Below, piece after piece: positions 1 through 13,164 of a stretch of DNA of 64,000 nucleotides. The DNA lies in contig CM039010.1 of assembly GCA_017499595.2 (NCBI GenBank), forward strand, positions 496,001 through 560,000. Direction: 5' to 3'. The first letter of the stretch is position 1, and the number at the start of each line of letters is the position of its first letter. The DNA is from Psilocybe cubensis (lineage: Eukaryota). The position numbers were made by a program, and so were the translations under genes. The notes under the pieces are model-generated. The model saw only the letters and a program-made list of their open reading frames with translations. It did no database searches and had not been told where the DNA came from.

Positions 1-142
1 AAAGAATGCAGCCACAGCGTCGAGAAATTGAGGTATGATTGATACCTAGAAACAATCATGCATCCACTGATAATTAGATTGTATACACAGCGAATAAAGC
101 ATCATTGCACACACCTTGTCGTATACGGCACGGAAGTGCGTG

Positions 143-1127
143 TCACTCTACAGCTTGAGATTGGGCAAAAGGCGGCGACTGTGTTGCCCCTATGTCTGAG
201 TCCATGTCCGAGTCATGATCCACACCTGGTACAGGCCCCCAGGAGTAAGCTACAGCCTTGACATCTTCAGAAACTTCCAGATTATGCGGCAAGCGGAGGT
301 TCAGATCAGTAAATATCCTATAGAGAGCCTCCGCAGAAACGCCGCTAGTGACCAGAAACTCTGGCTCGACACCCCAGCCTAGAAGGTCCAGCACAAGTAA
401 TTTAGCCTGGGAGAGCTCCTCTGGAGAAACTATAAGGCCGGGTCAAAAAAAAACATAGAAGTTTCAAGTTAGCTCAGTGAATGAGTAGGCGGTGATATTC
501 CAGAAAAGGTGTTAACAGAGGTGTAGTTAGCAGTAGACACCTACAAGGTCTCATTCGATCCGCGCCAGGAGATATGTCTGGTGGTGGGGGTGAGCCATGT
601 GCCTCTGGAGATTCTTGTATATGACCGCCTGCATCCTCCTGTTTGGATGATTCCTCAGGCAAAACCGTAGAGTGTGGGGGGTCTGGTGACGGTACAAGCG
701 CATTGGCCACCATTTCGGAGGAAAAAGATGGAGATTTGGAACCACTTGCTTTTGAGTCCGACTCTTGATCTTCGTCCATCGCATTTTCTGAAACTGACGT
801 TTCAACTTCCTTAGGTTTAGAGATGGGTTTTTCTACTGGTGACACATCTTTGTCCCCGAAATCGGCTCTATTCGATTCGATCGGGTCCGTCGCTGCCCCA
901 TTTTCCGCTACAGGCGCCTGAGTGGCTTGTGGGGAACCAGCTGCCTCTTTTCCACCAGCGCTGACGCTACTTGGAGATTTGGATATTCCAGGTATAAACT
1001 CTGTGTCGGATTGAGACTGGCTCAAAGACGCCCTGCGAAACTTTGCCTTGCGCTGAAATTTAGATGACATCGCCGGTGATGATGGCCTTGGAGAGCTGGA
1101 TTGAGTCGTGTCCTCTTGCAATAGCAT
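143..1127 (-). CDS. Hypothetical protein: long Ser/Pro/Glu-rich disordered region plus a short conserved-looking C-terminal helical domain
   Basis: ORF 474-1127 joins ORF 143-394 through a GTAGGT...TATAG intron (about 544-430), reading ...RMRPF-SPEELSQAKLLVLDLLGWGVEPEFLVTSGVSAEALYRIFTDLNLRLP...; stop at 143. Confidence 0.7.
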
Positions 1128-1453
1128 GGATGTAATGTTTATTTGGGTATTTCAAGCAGGATATAAGCTTCAGCTCCTCGCGATGGTGGTCGTCGGGTGT
1201 CAAGCTCTAAAATGCTCACGCCATTGACGCGTTCCGTATCAAATGACAAACAGACTCCGATTCACAAACATACAAGCCAGTCTTCAAGATTCATGGAGCA
1301 TTCTAATTCTCCATGACACAAGATATATGTACATGGATTACCAGGCAGAGTTAGAGTGTGGCCAATAAGCATTGTGATTGTCAGAAAGTGCTAAATTTGC
1401 AATTCATTCCATTCCGTTTAAATTCCGTTCCAACTCCAATGTCATCTATTACA

Positions 1454-3709
1454 TCAAATCCATTGGGTATGTCTACGTCTCGCCAACAACCATCTGGAAG
1501 TGAAGAAGCATATGGAACCCGAGAGGACAGCTACTCCAGAGTATATTGTCGGCCGCCACCAAATAAACGATGTTGACAGCAATGCGCCGGCAATAGGCGT
1601 GCCTAGACAATTGTTGATGTGTTTTGTTAACATTACCATTGCCTGCTAAAACAAAACCATAAATTAAATTGGGAAAAGAACATACCGACCAGTCCGCCAA
1701 ATCCTAAAAAAATTGACCAGTTAATATCAGATATGAAATGACTTGCAAAAATGAGAATGAGGATATAGTCAAATTTACCTGTGAATGTGAAGCATATGCC
1801 GAGGCGTGCCCCAATTTCCGAGTCGTTATCCGCAGTTGTCCCAATCATGGGAGCAAGTAGACTCACATCTAGAAAAGATATTCCGTAAGTCGTTTCTTCT
1901 CCTCAAGAGTTGATGGACACGAGATATTGGACAAACTTACAGGCTCCGGAGAAGAATCCATATAGGATGGCAAATGTTATCGTCCCAGCTGCCGTCTTGA
2001 TGGCCAGCGTACAGAACACAAGGACGGAGGCTATGAATATGCAGAACACCACCACGTTGAACGCGCCTAATCTGTATACGAGTGCGTTGGTAGATATTCG
2101 GCCCATTACGCTGGCGGCATTCAGAATGGCGATCTAAATTTACAGAGGGGTCAGAGCCAATGATAAGCCATATAGATATGAAGTTATGGCGCGCACCGTG
2201 TAGAAGGCGAGGTTCGGGCTGATCCCATTCTTAATGGCATTGAGCTGGACAAAGAATATAGGGTAATATAATCCTGAGAGTGTGATCACCGTGCTAACTC
2301 AAAAAAACAAATGTTAGAAACGACATTACACGGCAACACAAAACAAAATAACGAGGCTCCGAGGACGAGGGTAGTTGTAGAAAGCACAGCTCACCCAAAG
2401 ATCATTATAACATAAGGCGGATCTCTAAGAAAGAGCCGCATGCTACGAAATGTGCTGTTGGCCTTTTTTCTGTTGGGGGGATACTTTGGTTTCATCAAAA
2501 GCAATGAGATGATGAGGAGCCCAGCGTTCAACCCTGCACTAGCTTTGACGCCGGAGTGGAATCCAAGGCTCCCCTGGAACCATTTATTGAGCATAATGGG
2601 ATGCAATGCACCACCAACCGCTGAGCCCTGGAGTCAATTGACGACTTTCATGGTCAGCGTGATGTCGCACAGGTCGATCACAACGACAGAAAAGGATTTG
2701 ACTGGACTCACACACGTTGCGATCCCGATAGCGAGCGCGCGTCGTCTTTTAAAATAATGTGATAGAATCCCTAGCCCCGGGACATAGAGAATGCCAATAG
2801 CCAAGCCAAGGCCAATACCTTGTGAAAGGAAAAGCTGCCCATTGGAATTTAATTAAAAAAAGAACCAGAATGTGCCAAATACGTCAGTAGGTCGCCATAA
2901 TGGCAAAAGAAAATTTAACAGGTACCTGGTAGTAGTGCTCCGGCTGGGTGATGGATACCATGAACAGGCTAAAAACAAAAAGAATAGAACCCCCAATCAT
3001 CAAGTGGTAGCTAAAATTATTTCAGCGCATCAGCAGACGACAGAAGATATTAAAATGCAGCATTGGTAAGCGGAATAAAACGGAAGAAGATCCTCACAAA
3101 TAGCCTGCGTCGAAGGCTCGCCCTGTGAACAGCCCTACCGAGAGGCATAACCAGAGCTGGACGCTGCCGATCCAACTACCGAAGCTCGGTTAGCTTCTCT
3201 AATTAGTCAAATAAGTTGGGGGCCCACCTTATCTGGGACGACGTGCTCGTCTCGACCAGATATCGTCGAACATAAAAATCTGTTGTACAGATGGACATAA
3301 TTGATCATCAGATAGAGCATCGTAATACGAAAAAAAGCTCCAAAATGATGACACCTGGTACAACTCACCATTGTAAACCCCATAAGCATTCGTATACCTT
3401 TTCAAAGTGGAGCACAGACATGGGAATGAGCACGCCAGACGTGCATGATAAGGGGACTGAATATGTACCCAAATGAGCAAAATTGTGACAGGAAGCTAAA
3501 GGGTTCTGTCGTAAACCATGGCACTCCCAAGGGCAAGGACATGAAAGCTCTTACACTCCTGCTACCACGGACCATGCGCGTAGGCCTCCTTCAGGCAATG
3601 TGGTTTCATCATTGGCGACGCGAGTGTATTCGGTGGATTCGCTGGTATGATCAACAACAGTAGAGGTCTTTTCTTGAGATGACTCGAGCTCCTTGTCCTG
3701 AGAGGTCAT
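1454..3709 (-). CDS. MFS monocarboxylate transporter (MCT/MCH-like), multi-exon
   Basis: Starts MTSQDKELESS...PEGGLRAWSVVAG; later motifs GYTNAYGVY, SWIGSVQ, GRAFDAG, SHYFKRRRALAIGIAT, EIGARLGICF, GTPIAGALL; many TM-coding exons; stop at 1454. Confidence 0.92.
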
Positions 3710-4899
3710 AGCACGTCTAGACTCGTTCAACGTCTGATAATGATGTCAGAATTTGAGAATTTGGTTACGATGTCTCTTACTAGTACTTCGTTTCTAAGTG
3801 AACACGTTATGAGTCCAATGAGGTCTGGACGGACAGCTGAATGAAGGGAAGAGGAATTGGAAATGTCATTTTTTTAAAAAGCTGTTTATAAGAATAACAC
3901 AGGGGTGGTCGGTAAAGCAAATTGAATTTTGCGGCAACTCTCTCATCATGCCGCCGGCTATGATCCATGTGATTCGTTCACGAGGCTGAAGATAACTGAC
4001 GAAAAGTGTAAAAATCAAACACAGGGTGATGGGAAGTTGAGGAAAGATGCAAATCAAAGGCAGATAGCTAAGGGCATAACCCTAGTCTGCTCAAACTTCA
4101 GCCAGGAAAGATTCCGAGAGCCAAAGATACGCACTAACGGGACTTATATGTATGAGCACGGTGCCTTTAAAGCAAAAACGGAATGCGATGCGCTGATTCA
4201 TTATGAGCAAGTTCATGGCCATGGTTTAGGAATTGAGGCGGGAAAACTGTAGAAGAAGCGAGTTACGAAAGAGTTGATGGGAGATCTGCTAGAAATGTAG
4301 CTTGCGCGTGAACCCATTTCGCAGTGTTGATACTAAATATATATTAATATGTACCTGGTGTGAGAAAGGTCATCGCAAATTGCACGTACGGCGTGTGCTT
4401 CCGCATACCAGTAGCGAATGACCTACGGAGATAAAAATCATCCCAGGTCATATTTCTAGTAAATTAGATTTCACAATGGCGAACAGGAAAGTGTCGTTGA
4501 AATTTGGAGGGATAGCAAATATTGACAAAGTATACAGCTGGTAGACCCGTTAACTCAAGGATCACATTCACAAAGACGACTTACTTATTACCACCGCATT
4601 GTAATCATGAACTCCAATGTACTATCACCAATATCATGAGAAGGATAGAGCCATTTGGGTGTTCGATGCCGGGAGAAGGTTAAGTGAATTAATGACAGGA
4701 ATGCGCGAACTTCACCCAAATGTGAATTTGTCGCAGTATTTCATTTTATGAAAAGTAGCTAAATATACATCGCATCCTAGTATTATACCTGAGAACATTG
4801 AGTAACAACAATGGAAAGTAACGGAATAGTATTTACTCACCCAAAATTAATGCTGACTAAGAAAATACAGTAAACAATCCAACGATTCGCCCTGCCAAC

Positions 4900-5518
4900 T
4901 CATGTGTCTGGCCGACTATCTTGGGGTAGCGATGGATCGGTAAAGCTGTGATTACACTTTGTGCAGACAAAGAATAGAATCATTCGTGTCTCTTTTCGTT
5001 TGGATTGATCTTGATAAAAAACTGCGCTGAAGTACTCGTTAGTACAAGAATTCGGTCCGAGATATCGACTTACTCATCGTTGCCACATTTTGGACATGGA
5101 ATGTTTGAATGTGCCTAGGACAGAGACATAAGGGACACGTTATAGAGATGAATATCAGAATCATACCAGGGTAGCGTCAGCCCCAAGGTCGGTGGTGACA
5201 CCGACCTGTTCCCTGAAGAAGATGTCAAACGTAGGTACGGAGGGGACAAGGACTTGCAATATACACACTTGGTCACTGTCAACAAGTCATTTCTGTAGAC
5301 GCACTTATTCTCCACCATGTCATCGTATTGACATATCCTGCAGCCATAGACCATGATCCGACGCTGAGGGTCCGCCTTGGGGTAAAGTAGGTTGTTGCAT
5401 TCTTGACAAAAGTGAAGGGATGCCTTTGAATATTCACACAGCATATAGATATCGATACGGAATAGTGTTCATTTGTCAGTTAATATAAAGTATTCGCTGA
5501 TAGCTGTGCACGTACCAT
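4900..5518 (-). CDS. RPB9: RNA polymerase II subunit RPB9
   Basis: ATG|GTACGT first exon, then ASLHFCQECNNLLYPK...CRIC; second Zn ribbon CPKCG...FYQDQSKRKETRMILFFVCTKC; stop TGA at 4900-4902. Confidence 0.95.
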
Positions 5519-5639
5519 TGACAACAACGAACAGTAGATAAAAAGTGAGGAGTTTGGATGAGTCCAACAAAGACGCTGACATAGGCTCGTAGACCAGTCG
5601 TTTCTGACTCAGCATATTTCGAGCTCCGCTCGGTTTCGT

Positions 5640-6321
5640 CAGAAACGGCTGGGCCAAACGGTTCGGTTTTGGCAGAGTCACGTTTTGTCACGTCGGACTT
5701 AGTGAAATTCGAACAACTACGTCACCAACTACCCCGCGTCGTACTCGATTGCGACCACTACCCGTCCCCCTCCCCCTCGAAATTCTGAATCCTCTGAATC
5801 CTCAATAACATCGTACTCCTCCTCTATTTCCTCAAGATCCATGTCAAGGTCAAACCCTGCATGCTAGACTCGCCCATACTGTCTGAAGCTGAAGCATGAT
5901 TTGAAATTTGAATCTACAGAGGATGTAGAGACTGTATTTGGGACAATCTGGGTATCCAGAGGTTCAATTTTGATGGAGGTGGGATGTGTAGGTATGTCCC
6001 TTTCATTGTCTGTTTTATCTGCAGAGACTGGGTTCATTAACCGCCCGGACCTGCCATCTAATCTTAGAAGCAGTTCACCTGCGCCATGATATATGATTTT
6101 TCGGCTCAAATTACAAGTCATTTTTTTCTCAAAAAATTTTTTTTTCGTGACCTTGTAAAAATGAATTTTATTATAAAAGAAACCTATCTAAATGATTCTG
6201 TAGACAACTTTTTTTTAAGTTGTGGAAGGTTGTTGTTGAGGCAAATCGCGTTTTTTTCACTAAGTCCGAGTCACAAAACGAGGATTCCCTCAAATCCGAA
6301 CCGTTTGTCCCAGGCCTTCTG
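5640..6321. mobile_element. Non-autonomous DNA transposon relic (MITE-like or internally deleted), about 680 bp, with about 68-bp imperfect terminal inverted repeats
   Basis: 5640-5707 is the reverse complement of 6255-6321 (about 56 of 69 columns by hand alignment, with exact blocks TTTCACTAAGTCCGA and CCGAACCGTTTG); ends CAG...CTG; internal stop-interrupted acidic ORF remnant on the minus strand; no clear target-site duplication. Confidence 0.7.
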
Positions 6322-6399
6322 TGAATCTCTCTCTTTTCGCACTCCGATCAATGTTTGACGACATAAATAAAGACAACATTTGTACAAACATATCACTCG

Positions 6400-7930
6400 G
6401 TACCTGCCTTATCTAGAAAAGAGACGAGATTCACAGAAGGCCTGGCTCGCGAGGCTAACGCTGACATCGCGCTCACCTGAATTGTAATTCAAACTCCGAT
6501 AGCCTCACTTCTAAGCATAGCACAACAACTTTTAGTTTCGGTTTCCATCCACTTCAAGACGCTTCAAGAACTTTCCAATCGCTGTCGTTCATTTTCCTTT
6601 GGACTCCGAATCTTTGTTTGAATAACTCAAGGGAAATTTACGTATCTTAACCGACGTGGTATGAACCCAGTTTTTGCCAAAGTCTTTTATACTAGGATTA
6701 ATCATCTCAGATCATTCAATGGCAACTGGAGGCGGAATCTGAGCAGGGTAGTTTCAACTGGTATGCCTAGCGGCGCATACTAGAGCTTCAGATGCCATGC
6801 ACCTCATTATGGTCTATTAAATCTTGCAACACGGACATGACCTTGAACTAAAGCTTTCTCCCTTTCGCTCCAAAATTTTCCGACAATCATATGAAGCTGT
6901 TACTCTCCCTCTGTTCCCATACCGTTCTATATCTGCCAATCGATCGACACTTCTCTGGATTTCACCTCACTCTGGAATACGATCTGTGATCTAATTTACC
7001 AATGCTAGAATTCCTCAAAGCGGTTTAATGATTCCTCTCCGATGGCATGCATAAGCCAAACACAACAAATTTTGGTTTTCTTCCTGCCTAGGTTCCCATG
7101 CGGCCGAGTCGATCGCAAATATACTCGTGCCTATTTCTATGTTATGCTTATCTCTGCCCCTTATCGGGAGTCATTAATTTTGAACGACTTAGGTACCTAT
7201 CAATTCGTCAGGCAGCACAAATCTAAATCCCCCACTCCATGTCTTTTCTCACGTCAAAAATCTTCCGCGAAACCGGAGAGTTGTCACAACTACCCAACTG
7301 GACGACTACCGAGGGACCAGGTCGCATGTGAATAGACGCTCTCAAGCACCCATTGAATATCACAGGCGAGAAACGATAGCGCCTTACCATAGGCGACTTT
7401 TTTCACGAACTCAAACATGATAACTCAAACCATCTGAACTTTCGTGTTTATATTATCTTTGAACAGCCACAGTGCAGCTGTCTAACGGCTCTTACGCGGT
7501 CGATCTGCCTGATATGTCTTCATCTTTCGTACCCTCATTCTCCTCGCTTTGATGGTCTACATCAACAGTTCTAATTACAACTTTTCATTTAGTCACTAGT
7601 TCGACTACTACAACGGGAGGCAATACTATTACTATTACCTATGCCTTCGGATTGACATTCAGTACCCATGGCTGCCTTGGCTCACGGACGCCCACCGCTC
7701 AGGCAACAATGAGGAACCCATGACCAACCTCACTCATTTCCCTATCCGATTCCTTGTTTTATTTTAAAAAATCGCATTGTGCGGAAATATGCGGTCTTTT
7801 TAACTGTGTCATTGAAAGGAATCCCGAAGACGAATCTTTGCCTCTGCTACTACTACATGATACACTTTGCACGGAGACAACCAGGGCAGATAATCACTCT
7901 ACGACATATTTTGCGTCACCATCCTTTTTT
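6400..7930 (+). pseudogene. Probable decayed F-box/LRR-type gene
   Basis: Fragments in shifting frames with stops: coiled-coil-like VPALSRKETRFTEGLAREANADIALT*, AVVHFPLDSESLF (F-box-like), CTSLWS, NLPMLEFL, FERLRYLSI. The order matches agaricomycete F-box proteins, but similarity was judged by eye and the boundaries are approximate. Confidence 0.4.
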
Positions 7931-9546
7931 CAAATTTAATATGACTTTCAATGCTCAAATAAAATACCCGAAGGGGCCGGTATTCTCCACGCCAGGACAC
8001 ATGCCTGTAGGGCAACTCGTAAATCTATAACTGGGGTGGCGTTCCTCTGACGCTTCAAATTTTGGTGAAAGGTACAAAGCCGCTTTTTCGCTTCTGTGAC
8101 AATGCACTGACCTAAAAATACTCGTAGCCTGTTCTTAGGCCACGATTTGCAGCAGTCTCCTATGTTCTGGGTCGTGTTGCTCTCACCCATCATAATGGCT
8201 CGCCCTCTTAGGGGTTCGAGGCAAACTAAAAATGTCTAGCTGCAAGTGTTCCCCTGGCGCACGCCTTTTTATTCTCGGTTCCAGTTGTATGTCAACGTGA
8301 AATAAATAATTCTTTATAACAATTGACTAGGCTATCCCAATTTCAGCGCGATGTCATTGTCAATGAAGAGGCCTCAAGCTACATAGCCTACAAGGAAACA
8401 CAATTAGAGGCAGCCAATGATCCTCAACACTGACAAAGCCTTGACACAAACAAATCCCATCAAGATCATTTGTTAAGAAACCACTTTGTCAAGATTGCCA
8501 TCCCAAACGCCCGTTCTAAATCAACCGAAGCACCTCCGGTCGGCCAGAACCCTCCCATCATCTTCGAACATACTCACCCCCAATGCTTATCTCATTGGGC
8601 CGGACGCAACAGGCCGTATTCGTTCTTCTTTTATCCACAAAATCAAAACTCCACTGCAACATGGTATTTTGGATTTCTTATCCAGAATCTCCGTTGTCAG
8701 CCTGGGAAAGTCTCACCGATAATCGACAGGCATTTCGGCGTATCAGGGCGCATATTACGATGAACCAACCTCTATTTCTCTCTTCGACAAAGCTCAATCT
8801 CCTCTTTGTATTCGTTGTAAGGCTGCATATTGGTCGTTATGCTAAACAAGGTTAGCGCTGGACACGTCGACGGCGACTTGAAAAGATGCAGAGAAACAGT
8901 TCTTCCTCATAGAGTCATAAGAAAGAGTGTTCACCTAAAATGGTTAAGCTCAATTATGCCACAGCCGCCGAGGAGGTTATGTCCGGGTTATTAACCCAAA
9001 ACGGGATGCGTCGTTCGACCCTTTGTAACTTGGTGACATGTCCCCGGTATGATATGTTATGGTTTCAGCTCAATTTTGGATCTCTGTCAATCCCGTCTGC
9101 TGATGAACGCCATTCTATCACAAGATGATTGTTGTCTATGGCATTACAAGTTTACAAGTTATGCAGACCAGAACGCCGTGTCTATTACACAAGCTCCACT
9201 TTGAAGCTTATACGCAAACTTAAAAAAAAGGCTCACAAATAGACACTCTGAGCCGATTCCGCACGCAAGAATATGGGTATGGGTACGTAAAGAAGGACGA
9301 AGAAGTGTCAGGGATCGGACTTCGATAATTCAATCAATCTGCACCTTGGCACTTCGATCTGAACATCGCCCTGTTATAAAATAAACACAGCGTCGCCCCC
9401 GGAGTGTTCCCTCCCTTAAAGGTCCTTTCTTCGTCGTTCGTTGCTTTCCCTTCTCTCTCTTTGAAAACCCGTTCGTTTTCTTAACTGTTCTCAATTCGAA
9501 CTCGTTTCTTATTTCCTGCACAGTCCGCCACTTGAAGTTCGCCAAA

Positions 9547-10238
9547 ATGAAGTTCTCCTTCGCCATTGCTTTGTTCGCCTCTGCTATCGCCACCGTTGCG
9601 GCTTCCCCTTATCCTCCCCCTCCCCCTCGAGATGTCGTTGCGGAAACAAACGCTTACCGCTTCGCGCGCGGACTTCCCCCAAGGAGTCCCATGCGTCGTG
9701 CTACTCCAGTTCAAGGTATAGTGTTACTTCCCATGTGCCACGAGCAATACACCAACACGCGTCTTGTTCGATAGCTGCACGGAGGAGCAAACCATCTGGT
9801 GTATCTGGTTCATGCAACACTGGCTCTGTTCAGTGCTGTAAGTATTTTATCTGTCGTGTTATGTCCAATTTTATTCAAACGTGATTTTGCTCAGGCCAAT
9901 CCACTCAAAAGGCTGATAAATCCCTCGTTGGACTCCTTGGTGCATTGATTGGTGGAGTTGTTCCTCTTGGAACAACCATTGGCCACAACTGCAGTCCCTT
10001 GTCTGTAGGCGGCATTGGTGGCAACTCTTGGTCAGTTCGGGTGGCTTAATTCCGCATCGCGTAATTATCTGACATAAGACCGCCGTAGCTCTCAACAACC
10101 TGTCTGCTGCGACAGCAACCATTTCAATGGTCTTATCAACATTGGATGCACACCCAGTAAGCCTTCGTACCTTTGACATAATGATAGGACATATGTATTC
10201 AATGTCGCTTGGCGTTTTTAGTCAACATCAACCTCTGA
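9547..10238 (+). CDS. Class I hydrophobin with N-terminal pro-region
   Basis: Five exons give a signal peptide [19 protein letters not shown] and the 8-Cys pattern [10 protein letters not shown]...NCSPL...[30 protein letters not shown]. Confidence 0.95.
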
Positions 10239-11743
10239 TTATTCCAACCCTTCCCGACACCACCACCCGACAGCGAACCTACGGCTAGGCCTATTTAACT
10301 ATCTATCTCCACCCGCGCTCTTCATATTTTGCCTCGACGATTGGACCGTCTCACCTCAGTCTCCCATAGAATTGATCCACTCACATTCGTTTTCTCACTT
10401 ACCTCAGAAGTGTGTCCACTCTTTTCCACGCCTCTAACCTTATTATGTATATACCCTTTCGTAGTATCTTAATACGGTAGTCCCGGACATCGCCTTGCAT
10501 CCCGTCTCATCGTGTACTATTACATAGCGCTCATGTTTTGGTCTCACGATATACACGGTGCTTGCGTTCTAGAAAGCTTGACTAGGCCACTCGGCTTTTC
10601 GTATTTACGTCGTACGTCCCTTATCGACTGCGGGCTAGGAGTCTCGGTCCTCGGAAGGATGTACGACGCTAGCGCCGTGTATGTGGATACCAATTGCCGC
10701 GCCGCCGCTTGTGGGTTTTCCTTTTCATTTGCCGATTAGGACAAGGGGGAGCACTGGGGAGAGTCGTATATAATTTATGTAGCGTGTAATACACGATGGA
10801 CTTCACTTCTTTCTTGGATTACCGCAATGACAATGCAATCCATCCACAAAATGAAAATTGCGTGGGCTTTCTTGCGGTGATTGATGGATGTCTAAAATGT
10901 GGGCTTTACGGTGTTATGTGTGTGTCTATTGGAATGTCCATTTTGATAATCAGGGTTCGATTTTTTTGCAAAGCACAACGTTTTTAAAATCTACAGATTA
11001 AACGGTGTTTGTGATTATGACAGTCGTTTTACAACTTGATTATATGGAAGCATTGGGATGTTGGTAGAGAGCATAATGTAGCGTCGACACATCATTATTG
11101 GGGAATACGTCGCACATTACGATTAGAAAGCGTTTCGCTAACTCCTCTTTTACGGTGATTACGAGGGAGAATCACACTACCTCGATACTCGAGAGTTCCC
11201 GTCGTGGACAATAGGTAATATGACTGTATAGTGATAGTAAGAATGCAGGAGAGTTAGAGCACTATCGGACTCTTCGTCGGTGACTGCGTCAAACAAAGTC
11301 GTAATCAAGAAGTAATAGAGGTCCTTCAGTTCGTTGGTTAGTCAGAGACAGAAAGAGCCTAAGAGGGTCTTGCGCTAGAAATTTTACTAGCTCCTACCCG
11401 AGGACGTTCTGAAGAAGTCAGAAAGGCGCTACAACCATGAGAAATAGAATGTAGCAACAGACCGAACTCGAAGACATATTCCATTATTTGCGGGAGAAGA
11501 TGCGGTGAAGGTCAATGTCAGACTATAGTTCTAAGTTCGCTTCCAAGTCTTTCCAAGAGGCCAAGAGACATGCGCCACACAAGTCGGAGTTAGCAGAGTA
11601 CTTGCCTTATTTAGAAGTCGCTCGGGTAGATATGAACCTTATTTTCATAGTTGTAAGCCACATCGGGAAATGCCGAAAATCAGAATTTCCCGTCCCGTTA
11701 CCCAAACAGTCGTAATCAAGAGCTCGTCGTCGGTGTCATCAAG

Positions 11744-12373
11744 ATGGTTAAAGGTATGTCCCGCCATCGTCTGGCACGTCGTCCTAATGCTCATGAGTTT
11801 TTTCAGTATACAAGCCCGGCAAGGTTAGCTTTTTGGAAGAAAATATCAAGCTTTAGGAGACTTAATGCGTAATTCAGGTCGCTATTGTCCTCCAAGGCCG
11901 TCACGCCGGCAAAAAAGTCGTTGTTATCAAGCAAGTCGACGAGGGATCCAAAGATAGGAACTACCCCCATGCCATCGTTGCTGGCATCGAGCGCTACCCC
12001 CGAAAAGTGACCAGGCGTATGGGTCAGAAGAAGTTGGCCCACAGGAGCAAGGTTAAGCCTTTCATCAAGGTATGTTGGGTTGTGGTTGCATTGGGGGAAC
12101 CTATCTCACACGAATTCCCTTTGTGATAGGTCATCAACTACTCCCACCTTTTCCCCACCCGTTACGCTCTCGAGCTCGAGGGTCTTAAGGGATCCGTCAC
12201 CGTCGACACCTTCAAGGAGCCCACACAGAGAGAGGATGCCAAAAAGAACGTGAAAAAGCTGCTTGAGGATCGCTACACAAGCGGAAAGAACAAGTGGTTC
12301 TTCCAGCCTCTCAGAGTGCGTCGAAGTTTTACTTTTCTATTGGGTTGTATTGACGTAATGTTTTCAGTTCTGA
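11744..12373 (+). CDS. RPL27: 60S ribosomal protein L27 (eL27)
   Basis: Spliced reading [27 protein letters not shown]...[15 protein letters not shown]...[21 protein letters not shown]...[12 protein letters not shown]. Confidence 0.97.
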
Positions 12374-13164
12374 GCGTTTTTTTGTTGTCGCATTGCTCGC
12401 TATCCATGTATATCCTTTCTCCATCATTAACTAAGAATATGCATTATGATGACCGAACTCTTTTTAACGGCCTACATTCGGTGCTACAGCTGCTGAACAC
12501 AACGGTCTTTTCGGCGCTATGGAATGCTCGCGGTCCTAATCGACATCGAATCTGCATTAACCATGCTTGGTCGGCCTTTATTGCTGACCACCCAAATTCT
12601 TTGACCTATTCCTTGTCTGTGCATTGATGTGTCACCCCATGTCGTAGTGAACTATTCTATTTTTATGTCGATATTGTCCACCCTCATCACGCCTCATATC
12701 GGACAACTGCAGCGAAAGCAAGAAATCCTGATATTCTGCTGCACTTTTTCAACATCTGGTGATTCTTGGTTTGACAATCGTGGAAACTATTTTTCTGATG
12801 CTTGGCTTGTCAATGTTAAACTCCATCTCGACCCATGTACTACCTTGCACTTATTGTTTCCTCCCTTTCATTCTCCGATTGTTGCCAGCTGATAAGTAAG
12901 TCTTACAGATTATCTGTATTCGCCTAATTGCCTGTTCTTGGGCGTGATGCCTTTCATCGTTGTCAGTTGGTTAGCCCTAAAACTTTGGTTCATCATGTTA
13001 TTCATTGTGGCTGGACATTCACCAAGTCCCGAACACGGCTAGAGTCACAATGTCAACAGTTTAGTATGACATTCGACGGCGATCCATTCGAAGTGTTGTG
13101 AATTGCCAACTATCTAATGTGGTTCCTTGGTGCAAGTATAGCTAATTCAGGACTGAGTTCGTGA

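Noticed and set aside
1-261. Possible 3' end of a plus-strand gene (GTATGA...TAG intron at about 33-77 and ORF 58-261)
   Set aside because: Too little context at the window edge, no recognisable motif, and ORF 58-261 would overlap the better-supported minus-strand gene.
8470-8855. Overlapping short ORFs with a CxxC (CIRCKAAY) suggesting a zinc-finger remnant
   Set aside because: No complete motif or consistent splice structure.
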